A DNA stretch of 49,310 nucleotides from Vicugna vicugna. Its lineage: Eukaryota. The stretch lies in the NCBI GenBank assembly GCA_013265495.1, contig MU058645.1:1220995-1270304 (forward strand). The letters run 5' to 3'. A model generated the notes under the pieces. It ran no database searches. It saw nothing but the letters and a program-made list of their open reading frames with translations, and was not told where the DNA came from. Below, in pieces: positions 22,801 to 34,810 of this stretch. Position numbers and translations under genes: made by a program. The stretch's first letter is position 1; each line of letters starts with the position of its first letter.

Positions 22801-24089
22801 TTGACTGTGACTTTAAAAATTCATATTTATTTCCCTTCCTTAATAAGCAGTATAAATGTTGTTAAGCTTATTCAAATAGGCATTCAACACACGAATCAAA
22901 CTTCTTGCTCATCCTTCAGTGAAGATTGTCAAGGGTATATGGATAGGAAGTGATCTTTGAGAAGAAGAAAAGTCATGTGTTTTCATCTGATTATTCCTAA
23001 TTCCCATCCTCTGGACTCCTGGTAATTCCATCATTAGCAGGTGATAGGGGCTGGCCCTCACTGTGCCTGCGTGTGGCGTGTTCTTGAGGAATGTTCAAGG
23101 GGAAGCAGGGTTGGAGGTGGGAAAAAGGCAGAGAAGGCCCTAAATGCTTTGCCTTAAAGCATCCACCTGGTGGGGCTTGTGGGGGAGGGAGTGGACGTTC
23201 AGAGACTGCAGCCGAAACGGGGCGGTGCCCGCTAGAGAATCATGACACTGAAGAACTTTCTTTCCATTTCACGTAGAATCTTGTCCTTTAAGTGGAGAGT
23301 ATTTGTTACCCTTCTTGACAGAGTTTCCTTTGAGCCAGAGAACAGCTCAGGGTCCCCAGGAGCCACCTGAGCTCATGCCCTGGCCCGGCACAGCCCGGCC
23401 CCTGCCTCCTCTCCCTGCCGGGCTGGTGATGGAGACTCAAACCAATCTCCTTCTCATTTCATCACCTTGACCTTCTGTCAGTGCCACCCGCTTCCACGAA
23501 TGTGCCCCTTCATGTACGGTGACTCACTTGGGAGCACTTCACTAAGCCACCCGGGAATGTCGCCGGAAGTCCTTAGAAGAGGCCACAGGGAAGGAAAAAG
23601 AGGATAAGAAGAGAAGGAAGAAGCTGGGTGGAAGTGGGCAGGGAGCCAGGGGCGGGAGGACCTGATAGTGACTGTCACGCGGGGCAGCTCCAGCCCTAAG
23701 CTCTATGGACATCCATGTACAGGCAATTGTGTGCACAAGTCAGCAGTTCCTTGAGGGTCCTGAGAAGAGTGGGACTGACGCCCCTCCATCCTCTGGAGAT
23801 TCCACTTTACCTCTAAGCACAGGCTCAGAACACACCTGGCGAAAAACAAATGATCACTGAATGAACGGATATTGTGAGAGTCAGAAGTTCGATCTCGTGA
23901 GATCGCCGGCAGCAAAGCCTGCCTTCAGCGGTGGGCGTCCATGCCGCAGAAGCAGCCTCCCCTTCCCTGGGCTGTGCTCATTCACGAGCGATTAAACCAT
24001 TCTCCTGTTCCTTTAGAAGGTGCTGTCCTCCCATCTTCCCGGAACTAGAAACTCCCCCAAAGCAGCAGTTCCAACCGTCTAAGATTTAG

Positions 24090-24560
24090 GGGTAAATCGG
24101 TTGGAAAACTCAGGGACCGGGACGGGGAGGGAAGGCCGCTCGGTGTCACCGGCCCCGCCGGGGCTGCCTTGGGAGCTGGCGGAGGACGGGCCGCTGCCCT
24201 GGCTGTGCTCGGGTCAGGCCGGGAAGGAGTAGAGGGGCAGGAGGAAGGCCGAGGGTCGGGGGCAGCTCCAGGAGGGACAAAGCCGCTCTGCGGGACTGCC
24301 AAGGGGAGCCTGCCTCCGGCAGAGGGGCTCCGTGAGAAAGAGGCGGAGCCCCGGCCCTTTCAGCCGCAGTGAAAGAGGCCATTGGCAGCGGCGCCCCGGA
24401 GCCGGAGGCCGCGCTGGCACGGGCCGGGCTCGGCCGTGGCCCTCTCCGGGGTGGGGCGTTCCCAGGCCCTGGCACACAACCTTGGGCCACGTCCCACTTC
24501 CTCCCAGAGAAAAGCCGTAGCCTGGGGCGGGGCCCGCAGCATCTCTCGGGGGCACACCTC
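24090..24560. promoter_or_regulatory. CpG-rich promoter-like island (CCAAT, ETS, SP/KLF)
   Basis: CpG-dense. ATTGG (inverted CCAAT) at 24381-24385; ACTTCCT at 24496-24502; TGGGGCGGGGC at 24523-24533. Confidence 0.65.
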
Positions 24561-24996
24561 CCCCGCAGAGTGGGATGGAGTCCCCAGGCCAGAGGAGGCA
24601 CATCCTCACTGGCCTCTGTCATCACCATCAGCATCCAGCGTCTGGCCTTCGGGGGGACTTTGAGCTCAAGATAGAGCCCTCCCCCCTCATTTTACAGAAG
24701 GGGAGACTGAGGTTTGTCTCTGGCCTCTGGATCTGGGCTCAGCACAGGCCCCTCATGCTGCCTGGAAGGGAAGGAACACCAAGAAGGGAACGGAGGGAAG
24801 TCTCTGCACCAGTTAGGAGTGCTGCCCTGGCCTGAGCCCCACAAGGGACGTCCTGGCTAGATGGCATCTGGGGACAGAGAGGGAAGGTACCAGAAACTGG
24901 TGCCAAATGCAAGGACAGGGCCCAAGGGAGATGTCCTTTCCACCTTTGTGCTTTGACCTTTGGATGCACTGCTCTTCAGAGTTTTCCCAGCTTTTT

Positions 24997-25152
24997 CAAA
25001 AGTCTTTCTTTTAATTTTTAATTTGGGCGGGGGTGGGGGGAGGTAATCAGGTCCATCTATTTACTTATCACTTTTGATGGAGGTGCTGGGGATTGAACCC
25101 AGGACCTCGTGCATGCTAAGCATGCCCTGTACCACTGAGCTGCACCTTCCCC
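24997..25152 (-). mobile_element. tRNA-Ala-derived SINE (camelid Vic-1-like), full length
   Basis: Minus strand reads GGGGAAGGTGCAGCTCAGTGGTACAGGGCATGCTTAGCATGCACGAGGTCCTGGGTTCAATCCCCAGCACCTCCA (A box, AGC anticodon, B box), followed by an 'acctgattacctccccc' tail and an A-rich end. TSD TTTCCCAGCTTTTT (24983-24996) / TCTCCCAGCTTCTT (25153-25166), 12/14 identical. Confidence 0.9.
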
Positions 25153-25294
25153 TCTCCCAGCTTCTTGGAGGGCTTGATTTTATCCTACGGACTCACAGAG
25201 CATAGAGTTGCCAGGGACTTGGGGGTTTCTGTGGGCCACTTCACCCCAGTGTCGAAGTCCCTCTGGACAGGCTCTGATGGCCACTGGCCCCCCT

Positions 25295-25845
25295 TTTTCA
25301 CTTTGAGTTATAGTTAACATCCAACATTATGTTAGTTTCAAGTGTACAACACGGTGGTTTGCTGGTTTTATACATTATGAAATGATCGCCCCAGTAAGAC
25401 CCGTCAGCATCCATCACCACACGAAGTTGTTACCGTGTTATGACTCCGTTCCCAATGCTGCACTGCACATCATGTGTCTCCTCTGTTTCATAGCTGGAAA
25501 TTTGTACCTCTGGCTCCTTCACCTGTTTTGCTTGTCTCCTCACCCTCTCCCTCTGGTGACCACCTGTTTGTTCTCTGTATGAGTCTGTTTCTGTTTTGTC
25601 TTTTTTCTTTTTTAGATTCCACATACACATGACGTCATATGGTATTTGTTTTTCTCTGTCTGATTTATTTCACCGAGCATAATTCCCTCCAGGTCTATCT
25701 GTGCTGCCACAATGACAATCTTTTTCATGGCTTTTTCATGGCTGAGTAGTGTTTCAGTGTGTATGTATACCACATCTTCTCTATCCATTCATCTATCCAT
25801 GGACACTTAGGTTGTTTCCAAGTTTTGGCTATTCTTGAATGCTCC
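25295..25845 (-). mobile_element. L1 3' portion (L1MA9-like, laurasiatherian)
   Basis: Antisense 'ttagtttcaagtgtacaaca...tttagattccacataca...tatggtatttgtttttctctgtctgatttatttcac...tggctgagtagt...ggacacttaggttgtttcca'. Confidence 0.88.
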
Positions 25846-26079
25846 AAAGAGAAAGAATGTCTCTACCTCCTGGGGCAGCCATTCAGCTCCGTGTCGGTTT
25901 AAATATGGCACAGACCATGGGTATTTACCCAGCCCTTCAGCTTGGGGCAGGAGCTTGTTCTCTGGCACCAGCCGTGCAGAGCAGGCCTCCTTCCACATGT
26001 TCCCCTCAGATGTGCTCCAGCTCGTATGTGGAGGCAGGAGCGGGGCACTGAGTGTCACCCAGCCCGGGCCCCCTCTCTG

Positions 26080-26150
26080 GGCTCCAGTTACCAGCTGTGT
26101 GACTTGGACAAACTAACTTCTCTGAAGGCCAGTTTTCTCATCTGTGTTAG
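26080..26150 (+). mobile_element. MIR SINE fragment
   Basis: 'ttaccagctgtgtgacttggacaaactaacttctctgaaggccagttttctcatctgt'. Confidence 0.7.
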
Positions 26151-27424
26151 GAGGCAGTGCCCGGGGGACAGGGTGGCTGTGGATCAGTGACAACCTTCCC
26201 AGGGTGCACGCTGCTCAGTGACTCTATCTCCCTTTGTCCTCTAGTCCCTTGTCTAGGCTGCACGTCCAGTGTCACTCACAGCTCGTCCCCCTGTCCTGCA
26301 CTGGGGCGGAGGCTCGTTAAGTAGCAGGGACACAAACTCAGTCAAAGTGAGAACAGGAGGTGGGTGAGGCCCAAGGGACTGGGAGTGATGCAGAGTGGTC
26401 CTGGCTGCAGCTCTGTGGTCCCCTCCCCCACCTGAAAGGGCAGGTCAGGGGCCCACCACATCTGGAACCTCATTTCTGGGTTGGGGGGATGTCACATTGG
26501 CTGTAAGGAGTGTCTTGTCCTGCGTCTGGAGGGAAGAAACATGAACGGGCCTCTCAGCATCCTCCTCCGAGGACAGATGACGCTCCCTGCTCCCTGCAAA
26601 GGGTAAGGCAGGAGCACGCCTGGTGTGGCTCTGGAGGACAATTGCAGCTCTCATATGGACCTTCAAAGTCAGATTAAATCTCATCTGTGATTAAATCCCA
26701 GCCACCTCTGGCCCTGGCTGAGGTCTGTGGTTCTCGGGAAATTAAAAATGTTGGTTCAACTGCTGATAGTGGATGGGGTTTTAAAGACCAGAGGGGACTG
26801 AGCGCTCCTGAGAGAAGGGTGTGACGTAGGATGTGGGACACACGGAAGAAAGCGGACGTGAGGTGGTGCTAGGGGGTGGGGATGTGTCTGTGTATAAGAG
26901 AGGCAATCTTTGCAGGGTGAACTGAGCGGAGCTAGCATTTTCACTAATAAAATACTGAGGAAACGCTTTAGTGCCATAGAGTCTACGTTCCCTGCGGCTG
27001 AAGATAAATGCTTTCTGGAATCCTGTAGTAACAGCAAAAATCACTTCACAGCTATGAAACACTGGGGGAGATGAGTTTTATGCCTCGGTTTTTTTCAGCT
27101 AGGAGCAAACGGGCTTCTCCATGAGTGGCGTCCCCTCTGGTCAGTGATGGGGGGGAACAGCCCCGTGGAAAACGATTCTAGGTCACAGGACACACGGCTG
27201 ATCGCATGTCGTTCCTCATGCTCTGAGTGGACACATGTTCTGAGATGAGCGTGTGTGGGATTTCCGTGTATAGAATGGCACTCGTGTTATTTGTTTTATA
27301 TTATATGATATTTTGTACTGATATGTTCTGGATGTTGTCTATCAAAAGATTAAGTTTCAAGCACAGTTTTAAGTAATTTTTACAAAATGCCTCTTTTAAT
27401 CCTCTTAATGCCTTTTGAAGGATT

Positions 27425-27520
27425 CTTTCAAATGGGGAAACTGAGGCTCAGAAGATTGTATTGGAAGGTCCAGGACGTCTGCAGAGTAGGTGGTGGACCA
27501 AGTTTAAACCTTGGCCTTGA
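27425..27520 (-). mobile_element. MIR SINE fragment
   Basis: 'aaatggggaaactgaggctcagaaga...aaggtc'. Confidence 0.55.
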
Positions 27521-29899
27521 CATATCTGTACCTCCACACATGACATCTCCCAGACAGCCCACTGAGGCCTCACAAAGCCCCTGCGATCCCAGCCTGCTTG
27601 TTGGGGTGAGGATTTTAACACTTTTTTGGAAAAAAATGTGCCATGTTTGATCTTCCATGAGAGCGGTGCGTGCCGGTCCCCCCGGTCCAGAGCTGTGCGT
27701 TTGCACAGACATTGCCTCACTGAGGCCCACGACACCCCTAAGAGCCGGGGTGACTCCCTTGCTGCTGGAGAAGGAGGCCCTCTCCGCGTTTTAGCTGCTT
27801 TGTAGAAGCTGACAGACATTTCCCAGAGAAAGGCTCGATTCAGTCGAGACTCTGACCTCTTGTGAGACGCTGTGGTATTTGTCAGATACGTGGCCTCTGC
27901 TGGGCTGGTGACATCATTCGATATTCAAGCAAGTTCAAAAGACTCTGTCTATTCCCTCCCAAGAAAGCATTTTAATCAGTTTTGGTGTTTGTGCCATTTT
28001 TGCTGGGCTCCAGCAGGGCGTAGCTTACTCCCCACTCGGCAAGCCAAGAGCCACCAGATATATTAGATTCGGGGCACAGATTGGCAGAGTTTGGGAATGT
28101 GTTGCAGTTGGGTTCCCTCTAAACCAAAACCATTCTTTAATGTGAAGAATTCCTAGGAGAACTGGAAAAACCTTACTCTTATGAGGTATTTCCCCCTGTT
28201 GAATGGAGCCTCCTGGAGGGTTATTAAAATTTTACCTTTTTATCAATAAAGTTCTTTATGGGACATTTTTCTTGCTGCATTTTAATGTAATATTTGCTGC
28301 CCCGGATGTAGGAGGGAGGAAACAAAAAGGCCATTGACAGCTCTGGTTCTAGAATGCTCCTATTATGCATTTAATCGAATCAAGTGACACACACAGGCCG
28401 GGCCGTGTGTGGACATCATTTTAGCAGTAGGTCGCTGTCACTGAGCCCCTGAGACTTAAACCGGGGGCAGTGGAGCAATTCAGATGTCTTACTTCAGTAA
28501 GGGTGTCTGGGAAGCAAAATTTTATGCAAGTTGTTTCATAAGAGCTGATCCTAATTCTCTGAACCTTGAGCAGTTCATTCAGAAGTTCCCTTTATGTATT
28601 AATATAAATGATTCCTTTTTTTTTAAGTTTCAAGTATAAAGAGGACACTACACTGAATATTTGGAAATGGTTTTTTGAACAGTGTGACTTTTAAGCTTTT
28701 TTTTTCCCTGATAATACTTAGAGCAAAAATGATAGACTATTATTATTACTGGCTTTCTCCTGATTGATGTAAGGCCTGCTTTTCTAAGGTATACCTACTA
28801 TTCATTCTCTAGACTGAGGACAATTTAGTTATCTTCCTGACTCGGGAATTTGAAGCTTTTCCTATTATTCTTAAAGGCTACATTAAGTAAATTTCCCTGA
28901 AGAGTCCTGGTGCCGATGGAAACAGCAAGATCGACGGGCTTGAGAGCAGGGCGCGGGGAGACCCCGCTCAGGGGCCGCGGACTTTCAGCTTAGCCTGAGG
29001 AAGGGCAGGCGTCAGTGTCCTGGCAGAACCTGGGTTTGCACAGTGGTTCCTAGACTTCAGGTCCCCACGAGGACTTGTTCAAGCACGGAGGCTGGGCCCC
29101 ACCTTGGTGTTTCCACTCAGCAGGTCTGAGCAGGGGCCGAGGGCGGGAGTCCTCCCGAGCCCCCAGGCGGGGCTGCCGTCGCTGGCCGGGGCATCTGCTC
29201 TGGAACCGCTGTGCTGGGTGTGTGGGTGACTTTGGGTGTCAGTGGGATCGGGGCACTTGGGCTGCTTCGGTTTAGCCTCCCGGAGAACATGGATTTAATT
29301 GGACATCTGGCCCCATTTGTGCTCAGTGTCCCCTCCAGGGAACAGCTGGAGGCCTGGAGGTATGGAAGTGACCTGCATGTTTCCCCTGGAAGGACCCACA
29401 AGAGATGAGGGGGAGGAGATGGGGAGGCCCCACTGCAGCTCCCCATGGAGGTCGTCTGTCTGTCCTGGAACAGCCGGATGGCCCTGTGTTTCCGAAAAGC
29501 ACTGGACATTTAAAATACTTTCCTCTGACTTGGTTTAAACAGAGCCATGATTGCCTCTCCCCAGGCAGCAGAGCCTTGCAGTATTTTCCAGTCTGAGTAT
29601 GTCCAGTGAGTCCTGCTTTGGGTTGATAAAGCTGCTTTCCTCAGCACGGCAGTGTGGTTGCCCCGGGACACCCGCAGGAGCTCGGTACCCCCTGTCTCCA
29701 GGTGGGGTGCGAGGGGCGGGCCGCACCTTGCGGGTCTGACGTGGAGCGCCTGCCTTCATAAGGACTCACGCAATGGGCCACAAACACTGCCGGGAGCCGA
29801 GTCGGCCCTCGGCGGGCCTGGGGGCTGGGGGACACAGTGGTCACAGACCCCGTCCCTCCTCCCACGGAGCCCACGCCCCATAAACCAGGAACCTAACAG

Positions 29900-30760
29900 G
29901 CACTGCTGTGTGAGAACTCAGGGTGTTTTTGCGGCAAGTAAAGAGAAAGAGGGGTTGGAAGGCACGAGAAAGGGGTGAGGAAGGTCTTTCTGGGGGAGCA
30001 AGACTTAGCAGAGGGAAGACGTGCCAGCTGAGGGAATCTGCCTGCCCAGCTCCAGGGTGGGAATGTTCTCAGCCTACCTGGGGGGTGGGGTTGAGGTCAG
30101 CACAGCCGACATGGCGGGGCTGGAACACGGGGAGGAGGTGGGAGGGCGGAGGGACAGGGCAGGAGTAGCCAGAGGCCACAAAGCAGGTGGCAGAGTGAGA
30201 CTCAGAATGCCCCCGCAGCAGGGGAGGCGGCCAGGCAGGGCTGGCAGCGGCTGAGGGGTCCGATGGCGCCTGTGCTCGGAGGGTACTGAGGGCGGGAGGA
30301 GGCCAGCTGGGCAAGATGACAGCATGGAGCCGAGCAGAGGAAGGAGCCAGGACGCGGTCAGACTTGGGGCTATTCTGATGGCCTCACAGGCAGGATTCTC
30401 GGATGTGGGATCCGAGAAGAAGAGTCGGGAATGATTCTGGGCTTTCGAGCTGAGTCAAGGGTGCTGTGAATTCCTGTTAACTGAGCTGGAGCACCCGGGA
30501 GTGGGAGGAGGTGGCCTGGAGAGCCGAGGGAATCGGGGTTTGGCTTCATCCAAGTGGTTTCTTAAGCCTTTGGACATCCAAGTGGCGTGTTCAGTGGGAA
30601 TTCAGGGAAGTCAAGATTAAATTTGAGAATCAGGGGGTAGCGTCTGAGGTAGAGAGGGAGGAGCCCGAGGCCCTGCGATGGTGAGAGGTCAGGGGGAGAG
30701 GAGGGGCCCAGCGAGGAGGTGCCAAGGAGCAGTGAGCCTGAGCATCAGGGAACCCCCCCT
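29900..30760 (-). mobile_element. L2 LINE fragment
   Basis: Purine-rich antisense L2 motifs 'gagtcgggaatgattctgggctttc...ctgttaactgagctgg...tttggacatccaagtggcgtgttcagtggg'. Confidence 0.55.
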
Positions 30761-33019
30761 CCTTGAATGGGATCCGTCCCGGTCTCCCTGCAGCCACTGT
30801 TGCCAGGCAGCTATCCAGCACACTCTCTCTTCCCTGTCTTAATGGGGGCACTGCCATTCCTTAGCGGGTGAGGCTGGGCTTATCCTCTAATGTAAGAGTG
30901 CCTCACCTGGAGGCTGGTGCCTGGATGGGGATTAGACCGTCTGAAGTTGCCCGGAAATCATCATCCACACGCTGTGCGCCACGTGCACTCATCCGGGTAG
31001 AGTGCAGCGCTCCCTCCAGATTCTTCAGGCAAGACTAGAGGAGATTGCTCAGTACTTTCTAACTAAAAATGAAACTGAAGTAATAAAATTTTAGGCTTAT
31101 GGAGCACAGGAAGAGAACAAATCCTTTCACCCAGACTGAAACTTACAGACATTCGGCCAAGTAAGAATGATACTTGTTGTATCCAAAAAGCAACTCCTGA
31201 AACAGGGAAACGCAAATGAACCGAAGTGCAAAGGGCCCTTTCCGCCACATATCTGTCCACGTCATTACTCAGCGATGGGAGAACTGGCTAATTGCCAAGT
31301 AACTTGTAGGAAGCCGCAAACTACAACAGTGGTGAGATTCAGACTTGCACAGCGTTGTGTGAGCAAAAATCATAGTATCATTCCTGTCTGAGGGGACCAC
31401 GCCTTGTGGACTTTGTGGCTCCTTTTTTCCCTTTAAAAGTCATCATCTGCATAAACTACTATTAGTTAGGGCTTCCCAGAAACGAAGCCGGGCTTGTGTT
31501 TGGGCCTCCACGTAGCCTGTGTGCACTGCACTCACACTTTGAAGACTGCAAAAGAGACAAAGACAACTGGAGATATTTTGAGAATCGGGTTCAACACCAA
31601 CATGTATTTTCCTGCTGGGAAGTGCTCTTAAGCCAAGGACTGTAACTGCTTTCCCACTGCAGAGCAGAGAGGATGCTTAGAGCTTCTTTTGCATTAAAAC
31701 GTCATGATTGCAAATAATCCTGGTGGAACGGGGTGGCAGTGCCCACTTCAAGACAGTGTTTCTCTCTCTGCTCGTTATCAGAGCAAAGAAATGCTGAGTG
31801 GGGTGCATTGAGTAACCAGAACGTTTTTATTCACTTCCTGTATCTTATTTGAAAAGAAGTGAGGTTGCTGGAGCTCAGGAAAGCCCTTCTTTCTGGGTCT
31901 TATAAAGAGTGTGGTGTCTTGTGAGTCTCCCGGCAGGACCTGAGGGTCAAGGAGTGGAGACGGTGGAGCCGGGGGACTGGTCACTGCCTGAGCGGCTCTG
32001 CCCAGCCCCGGGCACCGCTGAGCCACTGGCTGCGTGAGTATGGCGAGTCTCCCGTGCCCCGAACGTGGAAATCGTGTATGGCAATGCTGTTGTGAGGCTG
32101 GGAGCTTGGTCATTTTAGTTTCCATCTGGAAGTGTCCTATTTTAGAAAAACTTTGGTCAACTGGTACGTTTCTAGAAAAGGGAAGCTCTCGCGGGTAGAA
32201 TTGCTTAAAACCCATTTCAGGTTTTCGGACTCCATTTTAAATCCCATTAGAGTGGAGAAATTCATGATTAGAAAAGTGCTCCTGAAATGTTTTCCCAGGT
32301 GTATCATTTCTTTAAAATCAGCCTTTGAGTTTCCAGGCTCTGCTTACAAAGGGCTAGTGACAAACATCTCAAAATAGCCAAAAGAAGAGATGCAGTGGGT
32401 ATTGAAATAGGCTTAAAATTACTTCTTTTCAGCTTCTCTAAATGACAGTGTTCCGAGACGTCCCATAACCTGCACTGAAACTTCAGAGCTCTTGTGAGTA
32501 AAGCTTAGAAGGACTTAGGGCTTGTTTGTGTAAGCTCAGGTCTGGAAATCATGTTCTCCCAGCAGGCGACCATTTAATAGAATTCTCCAGCTCTGTATTT
32601 CTGCCTGATGTTTCCAGATTAGCTGGGCCATAAATATTGCATGCTGCTCTTCCAGGGTGAGGGCGGGGAAGCCCTTTCGGAGATGAGGGTGTACCCGAGG
32701 AGGTGACTTCTAAGGGGCAGGTGGGCTCGTGAAAACTCTGATGCTTTCTTATCAGGTCCAGTGTTATAACCAAGACCCACACCTGTGAGGGGGCCAGCGA
32801 CTAGCCCCGGCCCATGGGACCTCGTGAGCCGTGGTTGGCATTAGGACTTCCCTGTGCTACAAGGGGATCCAGCCTCCTCTGCTCTGGCACCAGGTTAGCT
32901 GCTCTCCCAAGAGAATCCTCCCAGGCTCCCATTTGTCCAGCAGGGTCCTGCTGAGCCCTCTGCTCACATGCATCTGTCATGTGATGCTTGTGACAATCTC
33001 ACAAGGCAGACATCCGTGA

Positions 33020-33130
33020 GCCCATGTGGGGATGAAGGATTTGAGGTTCAGAGAGTCTTGGTAACTTGTCCAAGGTCACAAGGCTGCTACTCAGTGAAAG
33101 GAGACTTCAAACCCAGTTCTGCCTGGTTCC
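33020..33130 (-). mobile_element. MIR SINE fragment
   Basis: 'gatgaaggatttgaggttcagagag...gtaacttgtccaaggtcaca...ttcaaacccag'. Confidence 0.65.
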
Positions 33131-34689
33131 GTCTCCTGTGCTCCAGCCCCCACAGCATCATTTGGTCCTTGCAGCCACCCTGGGAAGCAGAGGCTGTTAC
33201 AGATGAGGAAACTGAATTTAAGGGCCTTGTGCTGGCCTACACAACTCCTAAGAACAGGCCCTTTTCTCAAATGCAATTCAGTGTCTTCACTGTCTTACTT
33301 CATACAATTCCAAAGTCTTTACAGTGTTAAACCTCTTTTTAACTTGTTTGTTGGCATAATAGCTTTATTAGTTCAATCAAGAGAGAGATCACATGTTCTA
33401 ACTTCCCATGACGATGCAATATTTAGCTCTTCTTTGTAGCCAGAACTCAGCAATTTGTTTCCTCTCTACCTGCTGGGTACTTCCTAAACTTTAGAGCATC
33501 TGCTCCAATCTCTATGTTTACTTGTTAGTTTGTAGGGGACCTTGGTTTTCAGTCTCTCACAGTCACATTCCAGTGATCTGTGAGAGGCTCTCTTGGGCTC
33601 CAATTGCTCCTGCTTGGCCATGGATGTTACCTGGAGAGCCTGCCAGCAGTGATTTCCCAGCCACCCTGCACCTCTACCTTACAGGGATGCTCTCATTTCC
33701 CCATGCTTTAACTTGTCCTTATTTCTGGCGGGCCAGACGACATGCTGGGTGGCTGACGACCCTGATGATCCTGCCAGCCTCCAGACCAAACCTCCCTTTG
33801 GAGGGCATCGGGGACCGGTAGGCTCATGTCTTCAGAAAGCCCCTCACAGGAGACCTCACAGGACCCATCTTCCACCTCCTCTTCCAGAGCACAGCCTTCC
33901 GACCTCTCAGGAGGCAGTGTTCAAGGCACATTGACTGTCTTCCATTTGGGAAGCTGCTGGGGGCTTTCGGCTGCCTGCCTTTCACAATCTTTTCAACTCT
34001 GCCCGCTTTTTGAAGTTTTCATTCTACGCCCCCTCAGTTTTGTCATTGTGCTGAAATTCCTAATCCCGGCTGGCTTTTCCGTGATCCCCTTGTTTGCCTT
34101 CTGGCAAGGACTCTCCACCTTCCGGGCATCTGCTTGGGCAATTTCTCGAGCCCTGAGCTCCGCCACCTGCTCCCACGGTACGTGATGCCTCTGTCCACTC
34201 GCTGACCTGGGCCCAGCGCTGGGGGTAGGGGTGGGGGGGCGCACTTCTCGGACGCCTGGAACTCCCTACCGCTCCATCTCCAACTGGTCTGCTGCTCGCA
34301 GGTGACTTTCCTCTGTTCTCTGTGTGCCCCCAGAAACAGGGAAACCACCTCCTCTGGTTGAACTTGGGGTAGAGAGGAGAGTCAGAAAATGCAGCTATTC
34401 TTATTCCTATGCTAATAAAACAATGTATTTAAAAAAATCTCCAGGGAACATTGTGCTCTCTATATAGTTATTTTGGTTTCCTGCAAAATTATTTTCTTAT
34501 TACAAAGAGCTCACCATTGCCTTGTAGGAGGCACCACAGTGTCTGGGGATTTTCTAAATATATATGGCTTTGCTGGAGTAGAAATTGGTCATTATTCAAA
34601 TGCTGTTTCTTTGAAATAAAAGGCCAACAACAGGTATAAGAAACCATCCTAGGTATTCTACCAAAACCATGGTTAGTCCTTACAGCATT

Positions 34690-34810
34690 CCGGCAGGTAG
34701 GCGTAATCTCCACTTCGCAGCAGAGGAAACCTGAGGCTCAGAGAGGGTAAATAACTTGCCCAGGGCAGCACAGCTACAAAGTGACAGAGCTGGGAAAGGA
34801 AACCCGACGT
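34690..34810 (-). mobile_element. MIR SINE fragment
   Basis: 'gaggaaacctgaggctcagagagggtaaataacttgcccagggcagcacagcta'. Confidence 0.75.

Noticed and set aside
24045..24835. Overlapping ORFs of up to 162 aa across the CpG island
   Set aside because: GC-content artefacts with no recognisable homology.
25078..25150. Functional tRNA-Ala(AGC) gene
   Set aside because: It has a SINE-specific tail, an A-rich end and TSDs, plus D-stem mismatches. It is a tRNA-derived SINE.
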